Shown here in pieces: positions 1-8,175 of a stretch of DNA of 64,000 bases. Origin of the DNA: a virus; IMG/VR virus record IMGVR_UViG_3300042922_000295, positions 20,498 through 84,497 of that record; one strand, 5' to 3'. Every line of letters starts with the position of its first letter. The stretch's first letter is position 1. The notes under the pieces were generated by a model, which did not search any database, had not been told where the DNA came from, and saw nothing but the letters and a program-made list of their open reading frames with translations. Both the position numbers and the translations under genes were made by a program.

Positions 1-2
1 CG

Positions 3-2423
3 CTCCTGCTGAACGGACTGGAGGACGCCCGGGTCAACGCTCGCATGTTCGCGGCTCGCCCCGGCACCCGCGCCATGTTCGAGGCGAACGTGCGCGAGGT
101 GATGGCGAACGGCTTCGAGACGCATGAGGGTACGGTGCGGTGGAACGAGCGCCCGCTCAACGCACAGATCACCATTGGCCTGTACGCGGTCGCCAGCGGG
201 TACGACTACACCGGCTGGTTCCACGAGAAGGTCGAGCACGACCTCAAGGATGCCAAGCTCGTCGGCATCTGCGAGCAGGTGGCCGGGTCCGAGGGTGCCG
301 GTCAGGTGTACAACCTCGCCTTCAAGGCGCTGGCGCGACTGCGCGAACTCGGATACTGCCTGTCCGAGCGTGACCCCGACGTGGAGGAAGAAGAAGATGA
401 GCAGCCCGACGACGAGTCAGTACCTGAGCCGGATAGCGGAGAGGGTGAGCAGCCGGACGGGGATGCCTCCGAACCCGAGCACGCTGACAGCGATCAGCAG
501 GGCGAGGGTGAGGATGAACAACCGGAAGCTGAAGAAGCTGACGGGACGTCCGAACCTGACGGCAGCGCCGACGACAGCGACGCACACGCCGACCCAGATC
601 AGCAGGGTTCTGACGAGCCAGACTCCGGCGAGGCGCCGTCCGACGAGCCTGCATCCGACGAAGCGGACGATGGTTCCGAGAGCGACGCTGGTGACCCCGG
701 TGACGGGGATTCGGGAGCCGGAGCTGACGACGATGGTGGTCCTGCAGACTCCGAGGATGCTGGTGACGATGCCGACTCTGAGGGCGATGACGGAGGAGCA
801 CCTGAAGGGGAAGGTGCTGACGGGCGACCTGACGAAGCTGGCGGCAGTGACGGAGTGGACGATCAGGACTCCGAAGCAGGCGATGACTCGTCAGGCCAGG
901 ATTCGGGCGAAGCGGATGCTTCGAACGAGCAGCAGGATGGGGTAGACTCCGATGGCGAAGAGAGTGCTAACGGTGGGGCGCCTGACTCCGAAGGAGAAGA
1001 GGGTGCTGATCAGCCCGAGGCAGGGGGAGAGCTGGGAACTGGTGATCGCTCCGCCGACGCGCCAGTGGCTGACAACGATGAGCCTCTGGACGGGGACGGA
1101 GCCGACGACGCTGGCGAGGGTCAGCCCGAAGGAGACGTGACCGATGGAGCAGCCCTGGGTGAAGCTGGAAGTCCAGGAGGGGCCGACGAAGGTGTATCGG
1201 GTGACGTGCCTCCTGGGGACAGTGCAGACGTCGGTGAGGTTCGAGACGACGAGACGCCTGCCGCCGAGGCTGGCGAAGGCGACGATGGACGTCACGAGGT
1301 CAGCGACGACGGCGATCAACCGTCTGACAGCGATGGGGCGCTCGACGTCGGACCGGCGAAGAAGGCCGGATGGGCAGAGCCCCTCCCCGAGTACGGCGAA
1401 GCCCGAGATGTCGAGGGAGACCTCGACGCCGCCATGCACCACGACGGTGACCAGGTAGCACCTTCGGGAGACATCGTCTACGACACGCAGGACGACGCCG
1501 AGGAGGTTGCCCGGGAGATCATCCAGGGCATCTACTTCGAGACGGGGTCACTCAACGTCGCGGGCGTGGTCGAGCATCGTCGTGACGACGAGCGCACTGG
1601 CGCACACTGGAGCGCGGCCAAGAGGTTCAACGCCTTCGACAGGCGCCAGCGTGGCATCGACGGTGACTTCACCGTGCCGGAGTCCGTGCTCGGTGCCGCC
1701 CTGCAGCGCATGCGTGTCGTGTTCTCCGAGAACCGTCGAGCCGTCCACACGCGCAACCTCAAGGCCGGGAAGGTCAACGCACGGTCGCTCGGCAAGCGTG
1801 CGTGGGGTGACGACGAGCGGCTGTTCCGCCGCAAGCAGCAGCCGGGCAAGCGTGACTACTCGGTCGTCATCGGTATGGACATCAGCGGCTCGACGGCCGG
1901 GCAGGAGATCGCCATTGAGAAGCGGGCCGTCATGGCGCAGGCTGAGCTGCTCAACCGTATGGGTATCAGGTTCGCCATCGTGGCGCACTCGACCCAGCAT
2001 GGTGGCGTACCAGGCATGACCGGCGGCATCACGCTGAGCATGTACCACGTCAAGGAGTTCGACCAGCCGTGGACGGACAAGACGCGGGACAACCTGTCGT
2101 CGTTGGCATCTGGCAACGGCAACCTCGACGGTCACAGCATGGAGTTCTACCGCAAGATGCTGGACCGAGAGAACACCACCGACCGCATCATCATGTACTA
2201 CACTGACGGCGCAATGCCTGCCTCCAACTACGACGAGGAACTTGAAATCCTGCGTCGGGAGCTCCAGGTGTGCGCCCAGAAACGGTACACCGTGATGGGA
2301 GTCGGCATCCGTACAGACTCGCCCACGGAGCACGGACTCGACACGGTCGTGGTGGAAGAAGACTCCGATATCGTCAACGTCGTGAAGTTCCTGGAGCGGC
2401 GGCTAGAGCGTACGGTACGGTAG
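3..2423 (+). CDS. CobT-like VWA-domain protein with long acidic linker (5'-truncated)
   Basis: Frame is open from the window start (LLLNGLEDARVNAR, the NxxEDxR motif of CobT-like N-domains). About 360 aa of Asp/Glu/Gly-rich linker, then a C-terminal MIDAS motif DISGS and YTDG. Confidence 0.88.
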   Translation, partial: LLLNGLEDARVNARMFAARPGTRAMFEANVREVMANGFETHEGTVRWNERPLNAQITIGLYAVASGYDYTGWFHEKVEHDLKDAKLVGICEQVAGSEGAGQVYNLAFKALARLRELGYCLSERDPDVEEEEDEQPDDESVPEPDSGEGEQPDGDASEPEHADSDQQGEGEDEQPEAEEADGTSEPDGSADDSDAHADPDQQGSDEPDSGEAPSDEPASDEADDGSESDAGDPGDGDSGAGADDDGGPADSEDAGDDADSEGDDGGAPEGEGADGRPDEAGGSDGVDDQDSEAGDDSSGQDSGEADASNEQQDGVDSDGEESANGGAPDSEGEEGADQPEAGGELGTGDRSADAPVADNDEPLDGDGADDAGEGQPEGDVTDGAALGEAGSPGGADEGVSGDVPPGDSADVGEVRDDETPAAEAGEGDDGRHEVSDDGDQPSDSDGALDVGPAKKAGWAEPLPEYGEARDVEGDLDAAMHHDGDQVAPSGDIVYDTQDDAEEVAREIIQGIYFETGSLNVAGVVEHRRDDERTGAHWSAAKRFNAFDRRQRGIDGDFTVPESVLGAALQRMRVVFSENRRAVHTRNLKAGKVNARSLGKRAWGDDERLFRRKQQPGKRDYSVVIGMDISGSTAGQEIAIEKRAVMAQAELLNRMGIRFAIVAHSTQHGGVPGMTGGITLSMYHVKEFDQPWTDKTRDNLSSLASGNGNLDGHSMEFYRKMLDRENTTDRIIMYYTDGAMPASNYDEELEILRRELQVCAQKRYTVMGVGIRTDSPTEHGLDTVVVEEDSDIVNVVKFLERRLERTVR
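397..945 (+). CDS. Candidate overprinted (nested, +1 frame) basic protein, 182 aa
   Basis: ATG 9 nt after GGAGG (383-387), starting where the acidic linker begins. Codons are GC3-rich (AAG, CTG, AAC, ATC). Confidence 0.4.
   Translation: MSSPTTSQYLSRIAERVSSRTGMPPNPSTLTAISRARVRMNNRKLKKLTGRPNLTAAPTTATHTPTQISRVLTSQTPARRRPTSLHPTKRTMVPRATLVTPVTGIREPELTTMVVLQTPRMLVTMPTLRAMTEEHLKGKVLTGDLTKLAAVTEWTIRTPKQAMTRQARIRAKRMLRTSSRMG
952..1140 (+). CDS. Candidate overprinted (nested, +1 frame) protein, 62 aa
   Basis: Starts 6 nt after the stop of the previous nested ORF, same frame. Confidence 0.4.
   Translation: MAKRVLTVGRLTPKEKRVLISPRQGESWELVIAPPTRQWLTTMSLWTGTEPTTLARVSPKET
1144..1458 (+). CDS. Candidate overprinted (nested, +1 frame) protein, 104 aa
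   Basis: AAGGAG (1129-1134) 9 nt before ATG, 3 nt after the previous stop. Globular-looking N-terminus MEQPWVKLEVQEGPTKVYRVTCLLG. Ends near the end of the acidic linker. Confidence 0.5.
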   Translation: MEQPWVKLEVQEGPTKVYRVTCLLGTVQTSVRFETTRRLPPRLAKATMDVTRSATTAINRLTAMGRSTSDRRRRPDGQSPSPSTAKPEMSRETSTPPCTTTVTR

Positions 2424-2538
2424 TCGTAGGTCCCCACGGGAACGGGGGCCACAGCCAGGCGACGGCGCGGCCCGTTGGCACGAGCGGCGCGGCCCGTCGC
2501 CTGGCTCGCCCCCCGACACACACACGAAAGAAGGAACA

Positions 2539-2985
2539 ATGAGCAACGCGGACTACAGCGAGTTCGAGGGCAAGAAGGTCATCCTCACCGCCACCGTCGA
2601 CGGCGAGCAGGTCGAGCTGGAGGGCACCGCCGAGACGGTGAACGAGCTCGCCATCCTGTTCAAGCCGAAGGGCAAGGCGAAGCTCGACATCATCGAGGCC
2701 GAGAACATCGTCGGCGTCCGGTACGCGCCGGAGAAGCCGAAGACGCTCAAGGCGAAGTCGCTCCTCCCGATCCAGTACGGGCAGGCGCGCCAGCACCTCA
2801 TCGACCGGCACGGCTACACGCTCTCGGACATCAACGCGATGACCGAGGAGCAGGCGTACAACTTCCACAAGGAGCTCGACCACAAGGCGAGCGACCTCGG
2901 CCACGTCCACGCGGCCAAGGAGCAGACCGAGGCCGAGGCCGCCGTCGAGGCCGTCGAGTCCGGCGAGACCGACTCCGAGGCCTGA
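2539..2985 (+). CDS. Hypothetical protein, 148 aa
   Basis: Strong RBS (GAAAGAAGGAA) and very biased GC3 codon usage suggesting high expression. Confidence 0.9.
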   Translation: MSNADYSEFEGKKVILTATVDGEQVELEGTAETVNELAILFKPKGKAKLDIIEAENIVGVRYAPEKPKTLKAKSLLPIQYGQARQHLIDRHGYTLSDINAMTEEQAYNFHKELDHKASDLGHVHAAKEQTEAEAAVEAVESGETDSEA

Positions 2986-3011
2986 GAGAGCCTTCGGGGT
3001 TCCCTCCCGAC

Positions 3012-3208
3012 GTCCGGCAGGCGCGGCGGTCGAGGGTTTCCAACAGGGGTGAGGCTAGCGGCGAGGTTGTCGGACCGGTCGCTGCAGGCCCTTCCCAAGT
3101 CTGCCTCATAAACGGTCCCGGGCGGCGGCATTCTACGCCGTGCGCCCGGGACTGATTAAAGGATGAGTGTGGTCGGCAAGAACTCATCACAAAAACTCCT
3201 GCCGGGCA
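3012..3208 (+). ncRNA. Candidate structured non-coding RNA, family unknown
   Basis: Lies in a 306-nt gap between genes. Closing stem GTCCGGCAGG/CCTGCCGGGC encloses several hairpins and is followed by a strong terminator-like stem. Confidence 0.5.
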
Positions 3209-3210
3209 CT

Positions 3211-3252
3211 CGCCCCGCACCTGGTTCCCCTGGCCAGGTGCGGGGCGTTCGT
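3211..3252 (+). terminator. Terminator-like hairpin
   Basis: CGCCCCGCACCTGG / CCAGGTGCGGGGCG 14-bp stem, then TTCGT. Confidence 0.6.
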
Positions 3253-3291
3253 GCTGACCCAACCAGACCCCAATGACGGGAGACAAGACGC

Positions 3292-3510
3292 GTGGACATC
3301 GCACTCATCATCCTCATCGCCTACCTCATCATCGGCGCCGTCGTCGGCACGGTGCTCGTGTTCGTGGGCGAGCGAGGCAACAACGACGACCTGTACGCGT
3401 TCCTCGGAGGCCTCATCTTCTGGCCGCTCGTGGTGACCGTGCTGCTCGGCTTCTTCTTCTACAACATCATCCGCAAGACGGCGGACAAGATGAACGAGAC
3501 CGGGCTGTGA
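3292..3510 (+). CDS. Small membrane protein (2 TM)
   Basis: Two hydrophobic segments; GGGAGA RBS. Confidence 0.85.
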   Translation: MDIALIILIAYLIIGAVVGTVLVFVGERGNNDDLYAFLGGLIFWPLVVTVLLGFFFYNIIRKTADKMNETGL

Positions 3511-3788
3511 CCACCGAGCCGACCGTGGCGCCACGGGTGCCACGCGCCCCGCACACGGGCGCCGACGCCCCGGCCGCTACCCCGGTAGCCTCCGACGAGG
3601 AGCGGCCGTCCACGGGGCGCACGCACGACCGGGCATCTTCCCGCCAGTGGCGAGACGGCATGCTCCTCATCAACCTTCTACCGTCTCAGCGTCGAGACGG
3701 GACGATGGCCGTGGTGGACTCCCGTGGTCGCATCCGCGACTACGACAGTGGCGAGCTGCTCGCCGTGACTAGAAGGAAGTCGAAGTGA
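3507..3788 (+). CDS. Hypothetical protein
   Basis: GTGA overlaps with both neighbours. Confidence 0.7.
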   Translation: MTTEPTVAPRVPRAPHTGADAPAATPVASDEERPSTGRTHDRASSRQWRDGMLLINLLPSQRRDGTMAVVDSRGRIRDYDSGELLAVTRRKSK

Positions 3789-4063
3789 AGAAGGCACTCG
3801 CACTTGCTGCGGCGGTCGCTGTTGCACTCGTCGCCACCGCATGTACCCCCGACATGGAGTCGGGGGTGGTGATCGCCAAGGACCACCAGTCGGGACACTG
3901 GATGCACTGCGGCAAGGGCTGCATGATCTGGAACGACGAGGAGTGGAACCTCCGCATCCAGGGGGTCAACGAGGAGGGCGAAGAGGCTACCGGCTGGGTC
4001 GACGTCCCCATGGAGGTTTGGGACGCCACCGAGGTCGGCGACGAGTACCCTCCCCGTGGTTGA
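3785..4063 (+). CDS. Putative lipoprotein
   Basis: Signal peptide MKKALALAAAVAVALVATA-C with lipobox Cys. Confidence 0.8.
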   Translation: MKKALALAAAVAVALVATACTPDMESGVVIAKDHQSGHWMHCGKGCMIWNDEEWNLRIQGVNEEGEEATGWVDVPMEVWDATEVGDEYPPRG

Positions 4064-4826
4064 CGGCTGGCCGGGCGTCACCTGGCAGGAGGACATCGGG
4101 CGCTGGCTGTTCGAGTGCCCCGAGCCCAGGTGCTGGTGGCGCCTACTCATCAAGCACGAGCACGACACGGAGCACACCTGCCCGCACGAGGGGCAGGTCA
4201 CGTACGGATGGAGCGAGACGGTGAAGCTGGTCAGCCAGATCTGGGAGATGCTCGACAAGTGCATCGACGACGTGAAGAACCCCGAGGTGAACGAGGCACA
4301 GCGGGCCGTCGCAGGCAACCAGGCCAGGGCCTACTGCAACACGCTGGTGCTGTTCATGACGCCGATCTTCTCCACCAGCAACGACGTCGCCAAGGAGGCG
4401 ATGGCACGCTGGCGCGCCCGGCGAGACGGTGTCGAGCACCACACGCCCGGCATGATGCACGCCACCTACAAGACCGTGCTCGACGGTGACGTCTGGTACG
4501 AGGGGACGGACGGATTCACCTCGGACCCGGCCTTCGCCTCGGGTGCGCCGCGCATCAACAACGAGACCGTGAAGAACCGGATGAAGGGCGCGCTAGATGC
4601 GGCGGCGTCGCAGTCCGGCGCGGAGGCCACACGCCTCCATTGGGAGAAGCAGGGCAAGCCGCACATGGGCCGACCCCGCCAGCCCGAGCTGCCTGTCGCC
4701 CACAACCTGGACGACAAGCAGGTTGCTGTCGTCAAGCAGTTCGCCGCCGCCGGTGCGTCTCACGACGAGCTGGCGAAGATGTTCAGCGTCAGTGCTGCGC
4801 AGATTGCGTCGATCGTTTCGATTTGA
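4056..4826 (+). CDS. Hypothetical protein, N-terminal Cys/His cluster and C-terminal HTH
   Basis: CPEPRC...HTCPH; C-terminal GASHDELAKMFSVSAAQIASIV resembles an HTH. Confidence 0.75.
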   Translation: MVDGWPGVTWQEDIGRWLFECPEPRCWWRLLIKHEHDTEHTCPHEGQVTYGWSETVKLVSQIWEMLDKCIDDVKNPEVNEAQRAVAGNQARAYCNTLVLFMTPIFSTSNDVAKEAMARWRARRDGVEHHTPGMMHATYKTVLDGDVWYEGTDGFTSDPAFASGAPRINNETVKNRMKGALDAAASQSGAEATRLHWEKQGKPHMGRPRQPELPVAHNLDDKQVAVVKQFAAAGASHDELAKMFSVSAAQIASIVSI

Positions 4827-4851
4827 GAAACTTATCGGCGTAGTGTACGAT
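4823..4851 (+). promoter_or_regulatory. SigA-type promoter
   Basis: TTGAGA-17 nt-TACGAT upstream of the gene at 4897. Confidence 0.7.
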
Positions 4852-4896
4852 AGCGCTATGTGTTCATGACCCGACACGGAGAAACGAGATTCAAGA

Positions 4897-5373
4897 ATGG
4901 ACACCTTCATTCCACTGAGGAGCTTCGAGGCTTCGGCTGAGGTTCTTCGTCCGCAGGAGGCACTGATCAGCCTGGAGGGCGCCATCCGGCTCCTTGAGCT
5001 CGATCACGAGGTTGGCAACCTCGACCGCAACAAGATGATCGCTCGGCACCCGCTCGTGCAGATGTGGGGCAGGCACACTCCCGTGCTGTGCACGTACGCC
5101 TACGCCATGCTGGAGCGCATGAAGAGCGACCAGGAGCACCGGCGCCTCCCGAACAGCCAGCGCATGAACTTCTCCAAGCTGGAGAAGAACCTCGACTATC
5201 ACATGGAGTGCGCCTCGTCGGGCGAGCTCGTGATGGAGAAGCCGCGCTGGCTGGGCAACGAGAAGTTCCACCAGACGCAGCGCGCTGCGCTCATGCGCCT
5301 CGAACCGGAGCACTACGGCAAGGAGTGGCCGGACGAGGACATGCACTACCCGACCTTCTGGCCGGTGTCCTGA
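4897..5373 (+). CDS. MSMEG_6728-family / pyrimidine-dimer DNA glycosylase-like protein (divergent)
   Basis: MxTFxP..F..SA.VL start, HPxVxMW, PxWLG...H...R.AL.R..P.HY and terminal WPV match this family as recalled. Confidence 0.75.
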   Translation: MDTFIPLRSFEASAEVLRPQEALISLEGAIRLLELDHEVGNLDRNKMIARHPLVQMWGRHTPVLCTYAYAMLERMKSDQEHRRLPNSQRMNFSKLEKNLDYHMECASSGELVMEKPRWLGNEKFHQTQRAALMRLEPEHYGKEWPDEDMHYPTFWPVS

Positions 5374-5823
5374 ATGGCGAAGAACACGGTCGAAGCCTGC
5401 ATGTTCTGCGGGTCGGTTCCGTGCGAGTGCAACAAGCCTGCACCGAAGCCGAAGGCAGCGAAGCGTGCACCGCGCACGCCGAAGCCTGTCGAGGTCGAGG
5501 CTACGGCGACGGCGCCCGCGCCTTCGCCTGCCGAAGACATAGCGCTAGGTGAACCGTCCGGGGGCAAAAAGATCAACGTGCGAGCTGCGATGAAGGCGAC
5601 GGCGAAGCCGCTACCGCCGAAGTCGGAGCCCGCACCACCGGCACCTGTCGATGACGGGAGTGTCAGTCCGGAGTTGGCGTCCGCGTTGCGGGTGCTCGAC
5701 ACGGTCGGCATCCTGCACCCGACGGAGCGCCGCAAGTACTCCGATGTACTCGACGCCGAGCCCGACGTCGAGGAGCGCAAGGTGACGTTCAGGAAGGCGA
5801 GGGAGTATGCCCAAGGCACGTAA
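5374..5823 (+). CDS. Hypothetical protein (N-terminal CxxCxxxPCxC)
   Basis: Abuts the upstream gene; Pro/Ala/Lys-rich. Confidence 0.8.
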   Translation: MAKNTVEACMFCGSVPCECNKPAPKPKAAKRAPRTPKPVEVEATATAPAPSPAEDIALGEPSGGKKINVRAAMKATAKPLPPKSEPAPPAPVDDGSVSPELASALRVLDTVGILHPTERRKYSDVLDAEPDVEERKVTFRKAREYAQGT

Positions 5824-6040
5824 CTACCGAGGCCAGCGTCCCCGGCAGCTCACCGACGAGGACATCGCCTGGTTCGAGGACACCAAGCTCGACAAGCCGC
5901 TGACGATGGAGGACGTGAAGGCGCTCCTTCGTCAGCGCAACCCGGTTCGATGGTGGCGGCTGCAGAACGACTTCAAGTGGATGCAGCGCCAGCTTCGCAA
6001 GATGGGGCGGAACCCCGAGGATGCGAGGTGGTTGTTTTGA
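5807..6040 (+). CDS. Hypothetical protein, 77 aa
   Basis: AGGGAG RBS; typical codon usage. Confidence 0.8.
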   Translation: MPKARNYRGQRPRQLTDEDIAWFEDTKLDKPLTMEDVKALLRQRNPVRWWRLQNDFKWMQRQLRKMGRNPEDARWLF

Positions 6041-6780
6041 GCGCCCTGGAGGACTCGCTCCGCAAGCTCGTCCGCTTCGATGGGAACAACTTCCGACTGA
6101 AGTGCATGTTCACAGAGGGCAGTGAGTGCAAGACGAGTTGGTGCAGGCACCGGAGCGACTACATCAACCGTCGCCTCGACAGCAGGGCCATCTTCGACCT
6201 GTTCTTCGGCGAGGATGGCGAGATGCTAGGGCAGGACGAGATCGACCTCCTCGCCCCCATCCGCCCGACCGCCGACAAGTGGTCAGCGGTTCGCCTGAAA
6301 GTCGTGAGTTACAACATCCTCAGTGTGATCGACCCGAACGACGAGAGCGTCTTCTACGGTGTCATAGGCGCCGGACAGGGCCTGCGAGACGTTCGCGATC
6401 TGTGGTTCGACTCCATGCAGCAGCGGGTCGAGATTCACGGGGAGGGCACCGAAGAGGGGCGCAAGCTCCTCAAGTGCACCGGCGCCCACGGATGGAAGGC
6501 CAAGACGGCGGAAGCCCTGGTCGTCAAGAACAAGGCCCAGGTCAACCAGTACAACATCGAGGTACACCTCACGGGCAAGTGTCCGACCTGTTCCCGGAGC
6601 GAGGGCTTCGAGAACTACGAGGACATGATCCCCGAGATTCAGAACACCGAGCGCAAGACCGTCTGGCAGCGCCAGCAGGAGCGCGCCAACGGTGGGCAGC
6701 TCAGCCGGTACGCCGTCCAGGCTGGGTCGTACATGGACAAGGACGGCAACACCTGGCACTACGATCCGAACGCCTTCTAG
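6037..6780 (+). CDS. Hypothetical protein with Cys/His motifs
   Basis: TTGA overlap start; C-x6-C-x4-C-x-H (SWIM-like) and CPTC motifs. Confidence 0.8.
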   Translation: MSALEDSLRKLVRFDGNNFRLKCMFTEGSECKTSWCRHRSDYINRRLDSRAIFDLFFGEDGEMLGQDEIDLLAPIRPTADKWSAVRLKVVSYNILSVIDPNDESVFYGVIGAGQGLRDVRDLWFDSMQQRVEIHGEGTEEGRKLLKCTGAHGWKAKTAEALVVKNKAQVNQYNIEVHLTGKCPTCSRSEGFENYEDMIPEIQNTERKTVWQRQQERANGGQLSRYAVQAGSYMDKDGNTWHYDPNAF

Positions 6781-6790
6781 GAGAGAACAA

Positions 6791-7015
6791 GTGAAGCAGC
6801 GAGTCTACCGATGCACCCGGTGCCGACGTGGCGAGGAGTCGGGTATCACCCGCGAGAAGCTCATGGTCAAGAAGGCCGTGTTCTACACCATGGGTGTCGC
6901 GCCCAAGATCATCCGATCCCGACGCCTCGACTGGCTCTGCCCCGCGTGCGTGGCCGAGGACCCCGACTGGCAGAAGGAGTCCCAGCAGGGCGCTTCGGAG
7001 GCCCTCGTTGGCTAG
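6791..7015 (+). CDS. Small zinc-finger protein
   Basis: GGAGAG RBS, GTG start; CTRC...CPAC. Confidence 0.8.
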   Translation: MKQRVYRCTRCRRGEESGITREKLMVKKAVFYTMGVAPKIIRSRRLDWLCPACVAEDPDWQKESQQGASEALVG

Positions 7016-7616
7016 GCAGGGTAGGCCGCGCAACGCCAAGGCTGCTGAAGGTCTGATCAGCAAGCACCGTGTGGCGTGGCTGGAGACCTTCATCGGCCAC
7101 GTCTACATCATGATGTATCCCGAGGGTCACGCCGACGAGACCGACGCACCCTCAGTCAAATCAGAACCCGGCCCGACACTCCGGCTGATGTTCGTCAAGA
7201 ACGGGCGTCCGATCTACTGGACGCTCACGGCGCTGACATCAGATGAGCTCGACAAGCTCAAGACCCTTCTCGACATGGCCTTCGACATCGCTCGCCCGAT
7301 AGTCGAGGAAAGAGACAAGGCGGCACAACATGCGTACGACACCCAGGGTGACGACTCTATCGCCCGACTCTATCGCGCAGTTTCGCGCCTCATTGTGCGC
7401 GAGGGGGCGATCACCGAAAACAGCACAAGCGTACGGCAGCGACCTGAAGACGATGCTGCTGGACCTGGAGGACCCGGAGATTCCGATGAAGGACTTCGAG
7501 TCATCGGCCCAGAACTGGCTGACGTTCAACCGGAAGCTGGTGGGGTACAAGACGACGGGACGCAGGCTGACGAGTCTCCGGGCGTTCGCCCGGTGGGCTG
7601 GATGGCCGACCTCTGA
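7008..7616 (+). CDS. Hypothetical protein overlapping the recombinase 5' end
   Basis: GGAGG RBS and TTG start; globular N-terminal part; last 287 nt overlap the recombinase. Confidence 0.75.
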   Translation: MARQGRPRNAKAAEGLISKHRVAWLETFIGHVYIMMYPEGHADETDAPSVKSEPGPTLRLMFVKNGRPIYWTLTALTSDELDKLKTLLDMAFDIARPIVEERDKAAQHAYDTQGDDSIARLYRAVSRLIVREGAITENSTSVRQRPEDDAAGPGGPGDSDEGLRVIGPELADVQPEAGGVQDDGTQADESPGVRPVGWMADL

Positions 7617-8166
7617 CCTCGACGAGTACAAGGCGCCTTCTGCCCCGCCGACCCAGCCTCACCCGATCCCCGAGGGCGTGGACGGACTTCGTCGCATGGT
7701 TGCGGCGGCGCGAAAGCCGAGCCATCGTGCACTAGTGGCGTTGTGCGGTTTCATCGGCTGTCGAGTCGGCGAGGCTCTCTCTGTCCGACCTAGCGACATC
7801 GACCTCGGGTCGATGGTCCTGAAGGTCGACGGCAAGGGCGACAAGATTCGCTTCGTCCCCATCTCCACCGAGGCGTGGGGGTACATGGCGGATGCAGTAA
7901 CAGCAGCTTTCCTGAACGGTGACGAGCGAATCATCAACGTTCAGGAGCGGGTGGCACGTCAGAACATCACCACCCTCGCGAAGCGCGCCGGACTCTCCCG
8001 GCACGTTTCCTCGCATGACCTGCGGTCGACGTTCTCGACCGCTGTGTACGACAAGACGGGCGACATCCGTCTTGTGCAGGAACTCCTCGGGCACTCGTCC
8101 GTGGAGACGACCCAGATCTACATTGGCGTCAAGCACCAGAAGATGCGCGACGCTGTGGAACTGTGA
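7330..8166 (+). CDS. Tyrosine recombinase (XerC/XerD-like, no arm-binding domain)
   Basis: GCRVGE (R), GKGDK (K), HDLR (HxxR), LLGHSS (H), TTQIY (Y). Start may be GTG 7348. Confidence 0.95.
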   Translation: MRTTPRVTTLSPDSIAQFRASLCARGRSPKTAQAYGSDLKTMLLDLEDPEIPMKDFESSAQNWLTFNRKLVGYKTTGRRLTSLRAFARWAGWPTSDLDEYKAPSAPPTQPHPIPEGVDGLRRMVAAARKPSHRALVALCGFIGCRVGEALSVRPSDIDLGSMVLKVDGKGDKIRFVPISTEAWGYMADAVTAAFLNGDERIINVQERVARQNITTLAKRAGLSRHVSSHDLRSTFSTAVYDKTGDIRLVQELLGHSSVETTQIYIGVKHQKMRDAVEL

Positions 8167-8175
8167 CGAAGGGAA

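Noticed and set aside
1507-2019. Fourth +1-frame ORF in the VWA gene
   Set aside because: S/R/T/P-dominated shadow of a normally biased coding region, unlike the ORFs at 397-1458.
3140-3200. Hammerhead or preQ1 riboswitch identity for the structured region
   Set aside because: CTGATTA is not the CUGAnGA core and no GAAA/UH partner is placed correctly; preQ1 loop consensus is absent.
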